A stretch of 64,000 nt of DNA from Candidatus Saccharimonadales bacterium (GTDB taxonomy: Bacteria > Patescibacteriota > Saccharimonadia > Saccharimonadales > JBBQAJ01): positions 3,174-67,173 of the forward strand of contig JBBRAK010000004.1 of the NCBI GenBank assembly GCA_038206875.1. Direction: 5' to 3'. Shown one piece after another: positions 9,695-20,356 of the stretch. The position numbers and the translations under genes are program-made. The notes under the pieces were generated by a model, which was not told where the DNA came from, searched no databases, and saw only the letters and a program-made list of their open reading frames with translations. Positions within the stretch are counted from its first letter, which is position 1. Each line of letters opens with the position of its first letter.

Positions 9695-10876
9695 ATGGCA
9701 AATTTTGACCGGAGCAAGCCACATGTAAACGTAGGTACAATGGGACACGTTGACCACGGTAAAACTACCCTAACCGCAGCTATTACTGCCGTATTGGCAA
9801 AAAAGCTTCCTAGCGAAGTAAACAAGCCAGTCAAATATGATGAAATTGACAACGCACCAGAAGAAAAAGCTCGTGGTATAACTATTGCGACTTCTCACCA
9901 AGAATACGAATCCGAAAAGCGACACTATGCGCATGTAGACATGCCAGGTCACGCGGACTATGTAAAAAACATGATTACTGGTGCTGCACAAATTGACGGT
10001 GCAATTTTGGTTGTTGGTGCAAACGATGGTCCCTTGCCTCAAACTCGTGAGCACGTACTTCTAGCCAAGCAGGTTGGTGTACCAAAAATCTTGGTATTTA
10101 TGAACAAAATGGATCTTGCAGATCCAGAGCTGATTGAACTCGTCGAACTGGACATACGTGAACTTTTGGCAAAGAACGGCTATGACGAAAATGCTCCCAT
10201 CATAAAGGGTTCTGCAACTAAAGCCCTAGCCGGTGACGCAGCTAGTGAAGACGCAATTATGGAATTGGTAAAAGCTATGGACGACTTTATCGAAGAGCCC
10301 AAGCGAGAATTAGACAAGCCATTCCTGATGCCTATTGAAGACGTATTTTCCATCAAGGGACGTGGCACGGTTGCCACTGGACGTGTTGAAACTGGAATTG
10401 TAAAAGTAAACGAAGAAGTAGAAATTGTTGGAATCCGCCCTACCAAAAAAGTAGTTGTAACGGGTGTAGAAATGTTCAAAAAGAACTTAGACCAAGGACA
10501 AGCTGGTGACAACGTTGGAATTCTGCTTCGAGGAATCGAGCGAGACGACATCGAGCGTGGTCAAGTACTTTGCAAGCCAGGTTCTATCACTCCACACACA
10601 GAATTTGACGCAGAAGTCTACATTCTGACAAAAGAAGAAGGTGGAAGACACACGCCATTTTTCAAGGGCTACAAACCTCAGTTCTATTTCCGAACTACGG
10701 ATGTAACGGGTGAAGTTGAACTACCCGCTGACAAAGAAATGGTTATGCCGGGTGATACAATTACTTTTAAAGTTAAATTGCTCGCTCCAATTGCCATGGA
10801 ACAAGGTCTACGTTTTGCTATCCGTGAAGGTGGCCGAACGGTTGGTGCTGGTGTAGTAACCAAAATCAACAAGTAG
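9695..10876 (+). CDS. tuf: translation elongation factor Tu
   Basis: ORF 9650-10876. Start moved to ATG 9695 ([25 protein letters not shown]) behind AAGGAG (9683-9688). [12 protein letters not shown]. Confidence 0.98.
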   Translation: MANFDRSKPHVNVGTMGHVDHGKTTLTAAITAVLAKKLPSEVNKPVKYDEIDNAPEEKARGITIATSHQEYESEKRHYAHVDMPGHADYVKNMITGAAQIDGAILVVGANDGPLPQTREHVLLAKQVGVPKILVFMNKMDLADPELIELVELDIRELLAKNGYDENAPIIKGSATKALAGDAASEDAIMELVKAMDDFIEEPKRELDKPFLMPIEDVFSIKGRGTVATGRVETGIVKVNEEVEIVGIRPTKKVVVTGVEMFKKNLDQGQAGDNVGILLRGIERDDIERGQVLCKPGSITPHTEFDAEVYILTKEEGGRHTPFFKGYKPQFYFRTTDVTGEVELPADKEMVMPGDTITFKVKLLAPIAMEQGLRFAIREGGRTVGAGVVTKINK

Positions 10877-10900
10877 TTAAGAGCTACCGAGAAGCCAAAT

Positions 10901-10933
10901 AAGAGCGGTCAAAACAACCGCTCTTTTCTTTTA
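10901..10933 (+). terminator. rho-independent terminator after tuf
   Basis: AGAGCGG (10902-10908) pairs with CCGCTCT (10918-10924), followed by TTTCTTTT. Confidence 0.8.
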
Positions 10934-10944
10934 TAGCGCGATAT

Positions 10945-11044
10945 TGTAAAATAGTAAACGTAAATTAATGGTGATGACTAAAAGTCATCTCGATATCTCT
11001 AAATAGAGTCGGGAAGATGTTACATCACGTAGGAGATAAACCAC
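10945..11044 (+). promoter_or_regulatory. S10 operon promoter and leader
   Basis: TG + TAAAAT (10945-10952). Leader hairpin GATGACT/AGTCATC (10973-10989). GGAG RBS at 11031-11034. Confidence 0.45.
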
Positions 11045-11533
11045 ATGGTTGAGTCAAAAGATAATAAAGGCGGAAAAGCCAAAAAACCCGTGTCTAAGAA
11101 AGTAGTAGACAAAAAGTCAGTTGCCAAACCAACTGCAAAACCAGAGATTGAAAATGAAGTTGCAACTGAACCAGCGGTTGAGACTAAGCCAACGGTTGTG
11201 AGCGCAAAGGCAAAATCCGAGGCTCCTGTCAAACAGCGAATTCGCATTCGCTTGAAAGCGTATGACCACAAAGTTATAGACCAGTCTACCAAACAAATTG
11301 TAGATGTTGCTTTGCGTACAGGCGCCACAATCGCCGGACCAATTCCTCTTCCAACCAAGAAGACCACATATACTGTGGTTAAAAGCCCGCATGTATTTAA
11401 AAAAGGCCGTGAACAGTTTGAAATGCGTGTTCACAAACGCCTCATAGACGTTTTTGAACCAACCCCAAAGACAATTGATTCCCTAATGAACCTATCACTA
11501 CCTGCAGGCTGCGATGCAGAGATTAAAATGTAA
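11045..11533 (+). CDS. rpsJ: 30S ribosomal protein S10 with ~60-aa Lys-rich N-terminal extension
   Basis: Core [18 protein letters not shown]...GPIPLPT starts at residue 64. ATG 11045 has a GGAG RBS. An in-frame GTG at 11198 is an alternative short start without RBS. Confidence 0.9.
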   Translation: MVESKDNKGGKAKKPVSKKVVDKKSVAKPTAKPEIENEVATEPAVETKPTVVSAKAKSEAPVKQRIRIRLKAYDHKVIDQSTKQIVDVALRTGATIAGPIPLPTKKTTYTVVKSPHVFKKGREQFEMRVHKRLIDVFEPTPKTIDSLMNLSLPAGCDAEIKM

Positions 11534-11560
11534 CAATTCGAGCAGCTGTGACCTGTCCGT

Positions 11561-11577
11561 CCTGTCGGGCAGACAGG
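11561..11577 (+). other. GC-rich hairpin just after rpsJ (no U-tract)
   Basis: CCTGTC GGGCA GACAGG inside a locally GC-rich stretch (11551-11586). Confidence 0.4.
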
Positions 11578-11612
11578 CGGGCGCCGAAATCAAGATGTAG
11601 GAATAACCATCT

Positions 11613-11798
11613 ATGGACGATAAATTACATCAAAAAGACCCGATTTCTCCGGAAAAGGATATATATAGTGATGCAGAGCAAGTTTATGCTGGAGCTAGCG
11701 ATAACGAGAGATGGAGGTTAATAGATACAGTTGTAGGATTAGGAGCCTTGGCTTACAGCGGTCTTTTGGACAAGCTGGACACTTTACGTAAGAAATAG
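11613..11798 (+). CDS. possible 61-aa ORF in the rpsJ-rplC spacer
   Basis: ATG with a weak AGGA 9 nt upstream. C-terminal hydrophobic stretch LIDTVVGLGALAYSGLL. Could be spurious. Confidence 0.3.
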   Translation: MDDKLHQKDPISPEKDIYSDAEQVYAGASDNERWRLIDTVVGLGALAYSGLLDKLDTLRKK

Positions 11799-11960
11799 AC
11801 ACTGTCAAAGTAAACGCTTGCTGTTATTTTAGATGACGAAAACAACGAAGTATTCTTGACAAAATTGGACGTAAAGCGGACATCTTCGATACATTTTATC
11901 AACGTGTAGTAGTTTACGAATATGATGATACACGCTAACGTCAGTGGAATATACAACACC

Positions 11961-11988
11961 TTGACAGAGGTGCCCGTAGCGTGGTAAT
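11961..11988 (+). promoter_or_regulatory. candidate internal promoter for rplC and downstream genes
   Basis: TTGACA (11961-11966), 16-nt spacer, GGTAAT (11983-11988). Confidence 0.4.
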
Positions 11989-12013
11989 CTGTTATGGTAT
12001 TTAAATCAATTAC

Positions 12014-12071
12014 TTGGTCTATTGGCAAGGTTTACCACCAATATCAGGGGTGAAAACCAGCAGTGACCAAG
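12014..12071 (+). promoter_or_regulatory. structured 5' leader upstream of rplC
   Basis: Closing stem CTTGGTC (12014-12020) / GACCAAG (12065-12071) encloses an inner hairpin ATTGG (12021-12025) / CCAAT (12038-12042). Lies 48 nt before the rplC GTG. Confidence 0.4.
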
Positions 12072-12118
12072 CATTTTAATTTCTACATTCAAATTGTGTA
12101 GTTTATCGAAGGAAGTCA

Positions 12119-12733
12119 GTGAAAGCATTCATTACCAGAAAAGTCGGTATGACTAGCACCATTTCAGAAAATGGTGTTATGCAGGCTGTAACTTTGCTTT
12201 CAGCTTCACCCAATACAATTACGCAGATTAAGAACGACGAAACAGACGGATATATGGCAATTCAGATGGGCATGGAAAAGGCCAAAAAAATGGGAAAATC
12301 ACTCGCAGGACATTTCAAACTTTCCAAAACACAGCCCAAGGTCACTCGTGAGTTCCGAATTACAGAATCCCAAGAAGACCTAAACGTCGGCTCGCAACTA
12401 GCAGCCGACGTTTTTAGTGTAGGGGATATTGTGCACGCAACCGGCACTAGCAAAGGAAAAGGTTGGGCGGGCACAATCAAGCGACACAACTTTAATACGG
12501 GTCGTAAAACACACGGTGGTGGTTCATATAGACGACCTGGTTCCATTGGTCCCATGTACCCCCAGAAAATTTTTAAAGGCAAAAAAATGGCCGGCCAAAT
12601 GGGAGACGAACAAGTAACGGTTCGCAATCTAAAAGTCGCAATAGTAGACACGGAACTGGGCGTGATTGGAGTCACGGGTGCTGTGCCCGGACCGCGAAAA
12701 GGTATTGTTTTGATTCGAGGAGCTACAAAATGA
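12119..12733 (+). CDS. rplC: 50S ribosomal protein L3
   Basis: GTG start behind GAAGGAAG. ITRKVGMTS..., GTSKGKGWAGTIKRHNF. Confidence 0.97.
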   Translation: MKAFITRKVGMTSTISENGVMQAVTLLSASPNTITQIKNDETDGYMAIQMGMEKAKKMGKSLAGHFKLSKTQPKVTREFRITESQEDLNVGSQLAADVFSVGDIVHATGTSKGKGWAGTIKRHNFNTGRKTHGGGSYRRPGSIGPMYPQKIFKGKKMAGQMGDEQVTVRNLKVAIVDTELGVIGVTGAVPGPRKGIVLIRGATK

Positions 12734-13398
12734 CAGCTACTTACACCAAAACAGGAACCAAAGCTGTGACTCCCGCTAAACTAGATAAATCAATTTTTGG
12801 GGTAGTGCCTAAAAGTCACGAGCTCTTAAAAGCAGCCTATGTTGCCTACCTTGCGAACGGGCGTACTAGCGCAGGAAATACAAAAACTAGAGGTTTAGTT
12901 AGAGGTGGTGGTAAAAAGCCCTGGAAACAAAAAGGCACAGGACGGGCTCGTTTTGGATCTTCTAGAAACCCAATTTGGCGTGGTGGTGGAATTGTGTTTG
13001 GTCCATCTGGGGCAGAAAATTATTCCCACAAAATGCACACATCAGCAAAACGGCTGGCACTCCGTCAGGCACTTAGCGTTGCTTCCGCTGAGCACAAACT
13101 AATTGTTATCGAATCTCTCACGATTAAAGATAACAAAACATCTGAAGCGACCAAGCTACTTGGTAAAATTGGTGCTGTAAAGAACATTCTAATTGTCGTT
13201 TCTGACAAAACGCCCGAGATTGTTCGCGCAACAAACAACATAGCGTCTGTCAAACTAGTTCAAGCACGTTACCTGAATGTTTTCAGCATTATGAACTCGG
13301 ACAGTATTGTAGTCACGAGTGATGCATTAAAAGACATAATTGAATGGCTGGCTGATAGTCCAAAAAAACAAGCAGATTCTGTCAAGGAGACTAAATAA
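12730..13398 (+). CDS. rplD: 50S ribosomal protein L4
   Basis: ATGA overlap with rplC. GGGKKPWKQKGTGRARFGS. Confidence 0.97.
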   Translation: MTATYTKTGTKAVTPAKLDKSIFGVVPKSHELLKAAYVAYLANGRTSAGNTKTRGLVRGGGKKPWKQKGTGRARFGSSRNPIWRGGGIVFGPSGAENYSHKMHTSAKRLALRQALSVASAEHKLIVIESLTIKDNKTSEATKLLGKIGAVKNILIVVSDKTPEIVRATNNIASVKLVQARYLNVFSIMNSDSIVVTSDALKDIIEWLADSPKKQADSVKETK

Positions 13399-13760
13399 TG
13401 GACAAAGCCATGACTCTCAAACCACGCGTCAGCGAAAAATCATACGCACTTAGTCAGTTGCGAAATGTATATGTTTTTCAGGTACCATCCGATGCAAATA
13501 AACTGACAGTCAAAAAAGCTGTTTCTGCGCAATTTGACGTTACCGTTACAGATGTAAAAATTGCAAACATCAAAGGCAAAACCAAACGAACCGTGCGCAA
13601 AGGTGGCAGGCAAAGTTTTGGTAAACGAGCGGATATTAAGAAAGCCTACATAACACTGAAGACTGGTGAAAGTATTGCTGTTTTTGCATCAGAAGACGAT
13701 AAAAAAACAACTGATAAATCTACAGAAAAGTCTAAAAAAGCAACCCGGAGTAACAAATGA
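13398..13760 (+). CDS. rplW: 50S ribosomal protein L23 (Lys-rich C-terminal tail)
   Basis: TAATG overlap. Position between L4 and L2. KPRVSEKSYAL... Confidence 0.95.
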   Translation: MDKAMTLKPRVSEKSYALSQLRNVYVFQVPSDANKLTVKKAVSAQFDVTVTDVKIANIKGKTKRTVRKGGRQSFGKRADIKKAYITLKTGESIAVFASEDDKKTTDKSTEKSKKATRSNK

Positions 13761-14593
13761 GTATAAAGCTATACAACCCAACGACTCCCGGTCGCCGTGG
13801 CATGACAAGCCAGGATATGGACGCCATAACTACCAAAAAACCACTGAAGTCGTTGACAGTCATCAAGAAAAAGCACTCTGGTCGCAACAACATGGGACGC
13901 ATAACCACGCGTCATCGTGGTGGTGGTACACGCAAATTTTATAGAATCATGAACTACAAACTCGCGTCCGGTACTGAAGCAGTAATCGAACACATTGAAT
14001 ACGACCCAAACAGAAGCGCCAGAATTGCTCGTATAAAAGACAGCGAAAACAAGCATCACTACATTTTAGCTGCACAAGGTATGAATGTTGGCGACAAAAT
14101 TCACAGTGGTGAAGAAGTCCCTATAGAAACTGGTAACAGGCTACCGTTAAAAAGTATTCCTGTCGGAAGTCAGATTCATGCTGTTGAAATGACTCCAGGA
14201 CGAGGGGCTCAGTTAGTGCGATCTGCTGGTGCAAGTGCACAATTAGTTGCACGAGAAGACGTATATGCACAAGTGAAGTTGCCGAGTGGAGAAGTCCGGC
14301 TAGTTCATGTTGAATGCACGGCTAGCGTAGGTGTAATTGGTAACGAACAGCATCAAAACATAAAATGGGGCAAAGCTGGGCGTATGCGACACAAAGGATT
14401 CCGTCCCACAGTTCGAGGCGTTGTTATGAACGCTACTGATCACCCACACGGTGGAGGTGATGGTGGAAGACACGGAATTGGTAGAGATCCTCGTACTCCA
14501 TGGGGCCAAAAAACCCTGGGTTACAAAACCCGTAGTCGTAAGGCTGACAATAAATTTATACTAAAATCCCGACACGTAGGAAAGAGGAAATAG
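13757..14593 (+). CDS. rplB: 50S ribosomal protein L2
   Basis: GRNNMGRITTRHRGGGTRKFYR, TDHPHGGGDG. Confidence 0.98.
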   Translation: MSIKLYNPTTPGRRGMTSQDMDAITTKKPLKSLTVIKKKHSGRNNMGRITTRHRGGGTRKFYRIMNYKLASGTEAVIEHIEYDPNRSARIARIKDSENKHHYILAAQGMNVGDKIHSGEEVPIETGNRLPLKSIPVGSQIHAVEMTPGRGAQLVRSAGASAQLVAREDVYAQVKLPSGEVRLVHVECTASVGVIGNEQHQNIKWGKAGRMRHKGFRPTVRGVVMNATDHPHGGGDGGRHGIGRDPRTPWGQKTLGYKTRSRKADNKFILKSRHVGKRK

Positions 14594-14596
14594 CGT

Positions 14597-14872
14597 ATGT
14601 CTAGATCACTGAAAAAAGGACCATTTATAGACCCAAAGCTTGCAAAGAAAGTTGCCGCTCTGGGTAACGAAGACCGCACTATAATCAAGACATGGGCTCG
14701 AGCTAGTACAATTTCGCCAGAATTCGTTGGTAAAACGATTGCCGTTCACAATGGTAAAGTTCACGTACCAGTGTTCGTTACTGAAAACATGGTTGGTCAT
14801 AAACTTGGTGAGTTTAGTCCAACCCGTAAATTCCGTTCTCACGGTGGCAAGCTAGCAAAAGGTGGCAAATAA
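14597..14872 (+). CDS. rpsS: 30S ribosomal protein S19
   Basis: [26 protein letters not shown]. Confidence 0.98.
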   Translation: MSRSLKKGPFIDPKLAKKVAALGNEDRTIIKTWARASTISPEFVGKTIAVHNGKVHVPVFVTENMVGHKLGEFSPTRKFRSHGGKLAKGGK

Positions 14873-15252
14873 TGAGTGTTAAAGCATCTGCCATGGGCGT
14901 TCGTATGAGTCCACGTAAAGTCGCTGTAGTTGCTGACCTTGTTCGTGGTCGCTCAGTTGCAGACGCAATTACTATTTTGACAAACACACCAAGAAGAAGC
15001 GCAACAGCAGTGCGAAAAGTAATAGAATCAGCTCGTGCAAACGCTGACTACAACCACAACTACAAACCGGAGTCTCTACAGATTACCGAAATCCGCGTCA
15101 GTTCTGGTCCAAGTATAAAAAGATTCCGTCCAGCATCACATGGTCGCGCACTTCCTTTCCAGCGACGAAGTAGCCATATTTATGTCGAAGTTGATGGCGA
15201 CATACGCGTGGTCAAAAAACCAAACGCAAAACCTGATAAGGAGACTAAATAA
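14872..15252 (+). CDS. rplV: 50S ribosomal protein L22
   Basis: TAATG overlap. VRMSPRKVAVVADLVRG. Confidence 0.96.
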   Translation: MSVKASAMGVRMSPRKVAVVADLVRGRSVADAITILTNTPRRSATAVRKVIESARANADYNHNYKPESLQITEIRVSSGPSIKRFRPASHGRALPFQRRSSHIYVEVDGDIRVVKKPNAKPDKETK

Positions 15253-15884
15253 TGGGTCAAAAAGTTAACCCTATCAGCATGAGACTGCAAGTGAACAAGG
15301 ACTGGCGTAGCAAATGGTTCGCTAACAAGCGTGACTATCGCAGGTTTTTGACACAAGACTTAGCGGTTCGTCGACTAATTCAGGACAAAGTAGGAAGTCG
15401 AGGTGGCGTTAACAAGGTTGACATTGAGCGGTCGCCCAATCTTTGCTCAGTTACTATTAGTACAGCCAAAGCCGGTGTTGTAATAGGTCGTGGTGGAGCT
15501 GGAGCGCAGGAACTAAAAGCCGCCATAGAAAAAATTTATGCTACTCCCACTAGAGTAAACATTGAAGAAATCAAAAAACCAGAACTATATGCTAAATTAG
15601 TTGCTGAAAATATCGCACACCAATTAGAAAGAAGAATTGCTTTCAGGCGTGCAGTCAAGTCGTCTGCAGCAGCAACGATGCGCGCAGGCGCTAAAGGAAT
15701 TCGTATTGAAGTATCTGGGCGCTTAGGAGGCGCTGACATGTCAAGAAAAGAAAAAACCGTCGAAGGAAGCGTGCCCTTGCACACCCTTCGCGCTGACATT
15801 GATTTTCATAAAACTGCTGCACAATACCCCGGTTCAGGACTTATTGGTATTAAAGTATGGATATATAAAGGCGAGGTATCGTAG
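15252..15884 (+). CDS. rpsC: 30S ribosomal protein S3
   Basis: [14 protein letters not shown]-domain pattern VIGRGGAG. Confidence 0.98.
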   Translation: MGQKVNPISMRLQVNKDWRSKWFANKRDYRRFLTQDLAVRRLIQDKVGSRGGVNKVDIERSPNLCSVTISTAKAGVVIGRGGAGAQELKAAIEKIYATPTRVNIEEIKKPELYAKLVAENIAHQLERRIAFRRAVKSSAAATMRAGAKGIRIEVSGRLGGADMSRKEKTVEGSVPLHTLRADIDFHKTAAQYPGSGLIGIKVWIYKGEVS

Positions 15885-15885
15885 C

Positions 15886-16299
15886 ATGTTGATGCCCAAG
15901 AGACAAAAACATCGAAAGGTGTTCAAAGGCAAAATCCGAGGTGTAGCAACTGTCGGTAATGAAATTGCCTTTGGTCAATATGCTTTGCAAGCACTTGGTC
16001 ATGACAGAGTAACATCTAGACAAATTGAATCTGCACGTCAGGCAATGACACGATATATAAAACGCGGAGGCAAAATCTGGATTAGAATATTTCCACATAC
16101 CCCTGTTTCACGTAAACCCCTGGATGTAAAAATGGGAAGCGGTAAAGGTAATCCGGAGTTTTTTGTAGCAAAGGTACGTCCAGGAACTATTCTATTTGAA
16201 ATGCAGGGTGTTACTGATGAAGTCGCGCGTGAAGCTATGAGACTTGCTGCACACAAATTGTCTGTGAAAACCAAATTTTTGGTTAAGGAGGATGCATAA
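15886..16299 (+). CDS. rplP: 50S ribosomal protein L16
   Basis: ORF 15799-16299. Start moved to ATG 15886 ([15 protein letters not shown]), 1 nt after the rpsC stop. Confidence 0.97.
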   Translation: MLMPKRQKHRKVFKGKIRGVATVGNEIAFGQYALQALGHDRVTSRQIESARQAMTRYIKRGGKIWIRIFPHTPVSRKPLDVKMGSGKGNPEFFVAKVRPGTILFEMQGVTDEVAREAMRLAAHKLSVKTKFLVKEDA

Positions 16300-16499
16300 T
16301 GAAAATCGTTGAAATCCGCAAGATCAAAACTGGTGAACTAGCTTCTGAAAGTACAAAGTTGCGAGAAGAAATCGCTGAAATCCGTAGACGAGTGCATATG
16401 GGTGAAACCACGAATGTTAGGCAACTTCGCACCAAACGCAAGGATTTAGCACGTATGCTAACAGTTTTGTCGGAACAATTACTAAAGGAGGCTGCATAA
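16299..16499 (+). CDS. rpmC: 50S ribosomal protein L29
   Basis: TAATG overlap. 66 aa. Position between L16 and S17. Confidence 0.93.
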   Translation: MKIVEIRKIKTGELASESTKLREEIAEIRRRVHMGETTNVRQLRTKRKDLARMLTVLSEQLLKEAA

Positions 16500-16861
16500 T
16501 GGCTAAAACACTTCAAGGTGTAGTAACGTCTGACGTTGCAGACAAAACGATAGTCGTTACTGTACGGACTCGTAAAACACACCCAATATATAAGAAACAA
16601 TTTACTGTGAGCAAAAAATTTCTGGCTCATGATGAAGAGAACGAAGCAAAAACCGGTGACAAAGTAATAATAAGTGAGACAAGGCCTATTTCCGCTCGGA
16701 AACGATTCAAACTAGATTCAGTGGTGGTTAAAGCTACCATCAAACACGTAGAACCTGAACCAGACAAAGTAGAAGTAGAAATACCCGAAAAAATTGTGAA
16801 AGTCGACGCCAAACCTAAAGTTAAAAATACAGATAAACCACCTAAAGAGGATAAATCATGA
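16499..16861 (+). CDS. rpsQ: 30S ribosomal protein S17 (C-terminal Lys/Glu/Pro tail)
   Basis: [19 protein letters not shown], then a ~35-aa extra tail. Confidence 0.96.
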   Translation: MAKTLQGVVTSDVADKTIVVTVRTRKTHPIYKKQFTVSKKFLAHDEENEAKTGDKVIISETRPISARKRFKLDSVVVKATIKHVEPEPDKVEVEIPEKIVKVDAKPKVKNTDKPPKEDKS

Positions 16862-17226
16862 TTCAACAAGAATCTAGACTAATTGTATGTGATAACAGCG
16901 GAGCTAAAGAAATTTTATGCATACGTGTTTTGGGTGGAACACGACGCCGATACGCTCGTGTTGGTGACACAATCGTTGCCACGGTCAAACAAGCCAACCC
17001 TACTGGACAGGTCAAAAAGAAATCGGTAGTAAGGGCGGTTGTTGTGCGAACTAGAGACGCAATCCAACGCAAAGACGGTTCTTCAATAAGATTCGATGAC
17101 AACGCCGCGGTAATAATTGGTGATGACAAACTGCCAAAAGCAACACGTATCTTTGGACCTGTACCTAGAGAACTTAGAGAACAAGGCTATTCCAAAATCA
17201 TCAGCCTTGCACCGGAGGTACTATAG
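16858..17226 (+). CDS. rplN: 50S ribosomal protein L14
   Basis: [18 protein letters not shown]. Confidence 0.98.
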   Translation: MIQQESRLIVCDNSGAKEILCIRVLGGTRRRYARVGDTIVATVKQANPTGQVKKKSVVRAVVVRTRDAIQRKDGSSIRFDDNAAVIIGDDKLPKATRIFGPVPRELREQGYSKIISLAPEVL

Positions 17227-17552
17227 TGAGTGTTTACAAAATTAAACTCAAAAAAGACGATACAGTAGTGGTGCTGACAGGTAAGTACAAAGGCAAAACT
17301 GGCAAAATAGTTGCTACTCACCCGTCACTAAACAAAGTCACAGTTGAAGGAATAAACATAGTCAAAAAACATCAAAAGCCAAACCGCGAACATCCTCAAG
17401 GAGGAATCATTGATATCACAAAGCCAATATGGGTTAGTAAAGTAGCTGCTTATGAGCCAACAAGCAAAAAAGCTTCAAAAATCGGTTATAAATTAGACAA
17501 AGACGGTAAAAAATCACGAATATATAAATCCAACGGAAAGGAGATGAAATAA
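17226..17552 (+). CDS. rplX: 50S ribosomal protein L24
   Basis: GTG start overlapping the L14 stop. KOW pattern DDTVVVLTGKYKGKTGKI. Confidence 0.96.
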   Translation: MSVYKIKLKKDDTVVVLTGKYKGKTGKIVATHPSLNKVTVEGINIVKKHQKPNREHPQGGIIDITKPIWVSKVAAYEPTSKKASKIGYKLDKDGKKSRIYKSNGKEMK

Positions 17553-18178
17553 TGACTACCGCAGAAAAAACTAAACCTATCAATTCAGTGCCTGTTTCAT
17601 CTGCCCGTTTGAAAGCTCAATATATGAGCACGATAACTAAAGAACTTGTAACCGAATTAGGACTTTCAAATATTAACCAAGTCCCAAGGTTAGAAAAAAT
17701 TGTAATAAATGTTGGCCTAGGGAAAGCCAAAGATGACAAGAAAGTTATAGCCGCGGCGCATAACACGCTTACGAAAATAACTGGTCAAAAGCCAATCGAA
17801 ACAACAGCAAAACTATCAATTGCTGGATTTAAGCTCCGTGAAGGCAATAAGATTGGTCTTAAAGTTACGCTTCGGGACGAGCGAATGTATGAATTCATGG
17901 ACAGGCTTATCAATATTGTCATACCGCGGTTGCGCGATTTTCACGGTGTTAAACTAAGAGCATTTGATAAATCAGGAAACTTTAGTATTGGTATCAACGA
18001 CCAGTCTGTTTTTCCCGAGCTGTCATTTGAAGAAACAACAACCGTACATGGACTACAAGCTGTCTTTGTGATTCGTTGTGAAGAATGGGAACATGCAAAA
18101 CTATTGTTAGAAAAATTTGGAATGCCTTTTGAAAAACCACAGGGCAAATCTGCTGAGACAATTAAGGAGACAAAGTAA
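17552..18178 (+). CDS. rplE: 50S ribosomal protein L5
   Basis: [26 protein letters not shown]. Confidence 0.97.
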   Translation: MTTAEKTKPINSVPVSSARLKAQYMSTITKELVTELGLSNINQVPRLEKIVINVGLGKAKDDKKVIAAAHNTLTKITGQKPIETTAKLSIAGFKLREGNKIGLKVTLRDERMYEFMDRLINIVIPRLRDFHGVKLRAFDKSGNFSIGINDQSVFPELSFEETTTVHGLQAVFVIRCEEWEHAKLLLEKFGMPFEKPQGKSAETIKETK

Positions 18179-18447
18179 TGGCTAAAAAATCTATAATTGC
18201 GAGAGACCTAAAACGCAAAAAAATGATTATTCAGTACGCAACAAAACGAGCAGAGTTAAAAGAGCTTGGAGATCGTGAAGGTTTACACCTGTTACCTAGA
18301 AACTCTTCTAGAACTCGTTTTAAAAATAGATGTAGTGAGACTGGACGCCCAAGGGCATATATGCGTCAATTTGGACTGAGTCGTATGTCTTTTCGAGAAC
18401 ATGCCTCCAAAGGTGAAATTCCAGGCGTAACTAAGGCGAGCTGGTAG
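18178..18447 (+). CDS. rpsN: 30S ribosomal protein S14, long Cys-free type
   Basis: [15 protein letters not shown]...[11 protein letters not shown]. 89 aa, no CxxC pairs. Confidence 0.96.
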   Translation: MAKKSIIARDLKRKKMIIQYATKRAELKELGDREGLHLLPRNSSRTRFKNRCSETGRPRAYMRQFGLSRMSFREHASKGEIPGVTKASW

Positions 18448-18461
18448 GAAAGGATAATTAT

Positions 18462-18863
18462 ATGTCAACAGTATCAACAGACCCAATAGCAGACATGCTT
18501 TCAAGAATTCGTAACGCAATTGCAGTTAATAAAACAGAGATTCACTTGCCTCATTCAAACGCAAAAGAAGCAGTCGCAAGGCTAATTCAATCATCCAAAT
18601 ATATCGACAATGTAAAAGTTGTAGATGCAAGTATCGGTAAAACCTTAACTTTGAGCCTGCATTCCGAAGGAACTAATTCCCGAATTACAGAAATAGACCG
18701 TTTGAGTAAGCCAGGTAGAAGAATGTACACTTCAGCCGACAAAATGCCAAACGTCAAACAGGGGCGTGGAATTGTTATTGTCAGTACTTCAAAAGGTATG
18801 ATGACCGGAAGCGAAGCCAAAAAACAACGCGTTGGCGGCGAATTAATTTGTAAGATTTATTAA
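18462..18863 (+). CDS. rpsH: 30S ribosomal protein S8
   Basis: DPIADMLSRIRNA. Confidence 0.97.
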   Translation: MSTVSTDPIADMLSRIRNAIAVNKTEIHLPHSNAKEAVARLIQSSKYIDNVKVVDASIGKTLTLSLHSEGTNSRITEIDRLSKPGRRMYTSADKMPNVKQGRGIVIVSTSKGMMTGSEAKKQRVGGELICKIY

Positions 18864-18878
18864 GGAAATAAGGATAAT

Positions 18879-19418
18879 ATGAGTCGTATAGGAAAACAAC
18901 CAATAGACATTCCGTCTGGTGTGACAATCACTGTAGAAAATGACTTGATTACCGTAAATGGTGGTAAAGGTTCTTTGACTCAATTTACTATGCCTGGAAT
19001 AACTGTTAAGCAAGAAGAAAACCAGGTGGTTGTAACTAGAGTTGACGATGAGGCACCGAACAGATCTAAACACGGACTTATGCGTACCCTGATTAGCAAT
19101 ATGATTTTGGGTGTATCGGCTGGTTTTACCAAACAACTAGAACTAAATGGAGTTGGTTACCGTGTAGCGTTGGCTGGCAATGGATTGAAGCTAAATCTAG
19201 GCTTTTCACATGACGTAAATTACGAACTTCCCGTAGGTGTTACAGCTGCTGTAGATCAAAACATAATTACTATAAGTGGGATCAACAAACAGCAGGTCGG
19301 TCAGGCTGCTGCTGAAATTAGAGCTCTAAAGAAACCAGAACCCTACAAAGGTAAAGGTATTAAATATGTTGGTGAGCGTATTATTCGTAAAAGTGGTAAA
19401 TCTGGTAAGGATAAATAA
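18879..19418 (+). CDS. rplF: 50S ribosomal protein L6
   Basis: [15 protein letters not shown]. Confidence 0.97.
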   Translation: MSRIGKQPIDIPSGVTITVENDLITVNGGKGSLTQFTMPGITVKQEENQVVVTRVDDEAPNRSKHGLMRTLISNMILGVSAGFTKQLELNGVGYRVALAGNGLKLNLGFSHDVNYELPVGVTAAVDQNIITISGINKQQVGQAAAEIRALKKPEPYKGKGIKYVGERIIRKSGKSGKDK

Positions 19419-19774
19419 TGGACAGACTTAAAAAGAACGTACAAAATCTAGCAAGGCGCAAACATCGTGTCCGAGCGAAGGTTATTGGTACCTCAGCTCG
19501 ACCTCGTTTGACTGTGTTTATCAGCAATGCGAACATATCAGCTCAAATTATTGATGATAGCTCTCATAAAACATTAGCGTACAGTACTACTGTTGGAAGT
19601 AAATCTGCAAAAGGAACGATGACCGAAAAAGCGTCGTCAGTCGGAACCGAAATTGCTAGCAAAGCAAAGACTGCAAAGATAAAGCAGGTGGTTTTTGATA
19701 GAAACGGGCGCCTGTATCATGGACGAATTAAAGCTCTTGCAGAAGCCGCAAGAGCAGGAGGATTGGAGTTTTAA
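19418..19774 (+). CDS. rplR: 50S ribosomal protein L18
   Basis: [21 protein letters not shown]. Confidence 0.97.
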   Translation: MDRLKKNVQNLARRKHRVRAKVIGTSARPRLTVFISNANISAQIIDDSSHKTLAYSTTVGSKSAKGTMTEKASSVGTEIASKAKTAKIKQVVFDRNGRLYHGRIKALAEAARAGGLEF

Positions 19775-20356
19775 ATGGCAGAATTTGGTCAAGACCGAAG
19801 CAATAGACCCAATCGTGATAATCGTCGCGACGGGGTTCAAGAAGAAAAACAATTTGATGAAAGAGTTGTGCATATTGATCGTGTTGCGCGAGTGGTAAAA
19901 GGCGGTCGTCGTTTTAGATTTAGAGCACTTGTTGTTGTTGGTGATCATAAAGGTAAAATTGGAATTGGAATCGCCAAAGGGGCCGACGTAACAACCGCAA
20001 TAACAAAAGCTGTCGAAGTTGCAAAAAAGCATTTTGTCCATATTCATATCGTAAACGGAACCGTTCCACATGAATCAGAAGTAAAAGTTGGTGGAGCAAG
20101 GATTCTTATAAAACCCGCAGTACTAGGTACTGGATTGATTGCTGGAGGTGTAGTTAGAACTGTACTCGAAGTTGCAGGAATTAGTAATGTTTTGTCAAAA
20201 TCACTAGGTTCTTCAAACAAAATAAACACTGCATATGCAACACTTGCTGCACTTCAAGCTATCGAGCATCCTGACAAATGGATTACTATCCAAAATAAGC
20301 CCAAAAAAGGAGTACCACCATCTCCTAAGACTACCGACGAAAAGGTAAAAGTATGA
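19775..20356 (+). CDS. rpsE: 30S ribosomal protein S5
   Basis: VVHIDRVARVVKGGRRFRFRALVVVGD. Confidence 0.97.
   Translation: MAEFGQDRSNRPNRDNRRDGVQEEKQFDERVVHIDRVARVVKGGRRFRFRALVVVGDHKGKIGIGIAKGADVTTAITKAVEVAKKHFVHIHIVNGTVPHESEVKVGGARILIKPAVLGTGLIAGGVVRTVLEVAGISNVLSKSLGSSNKINTAYATLAALQAIEHPDKWITIQNKPKKGVPPSPKTTDEKVKV

Noticed and set aside
11753-12028. A 91-aa minus-strand ORF in the rpsJ-rplC spacer.
   Set aside because: It lies antisense to the predicted promoter, has hydrophobic low-complexity composition and has no RBS. It is probably spurious.
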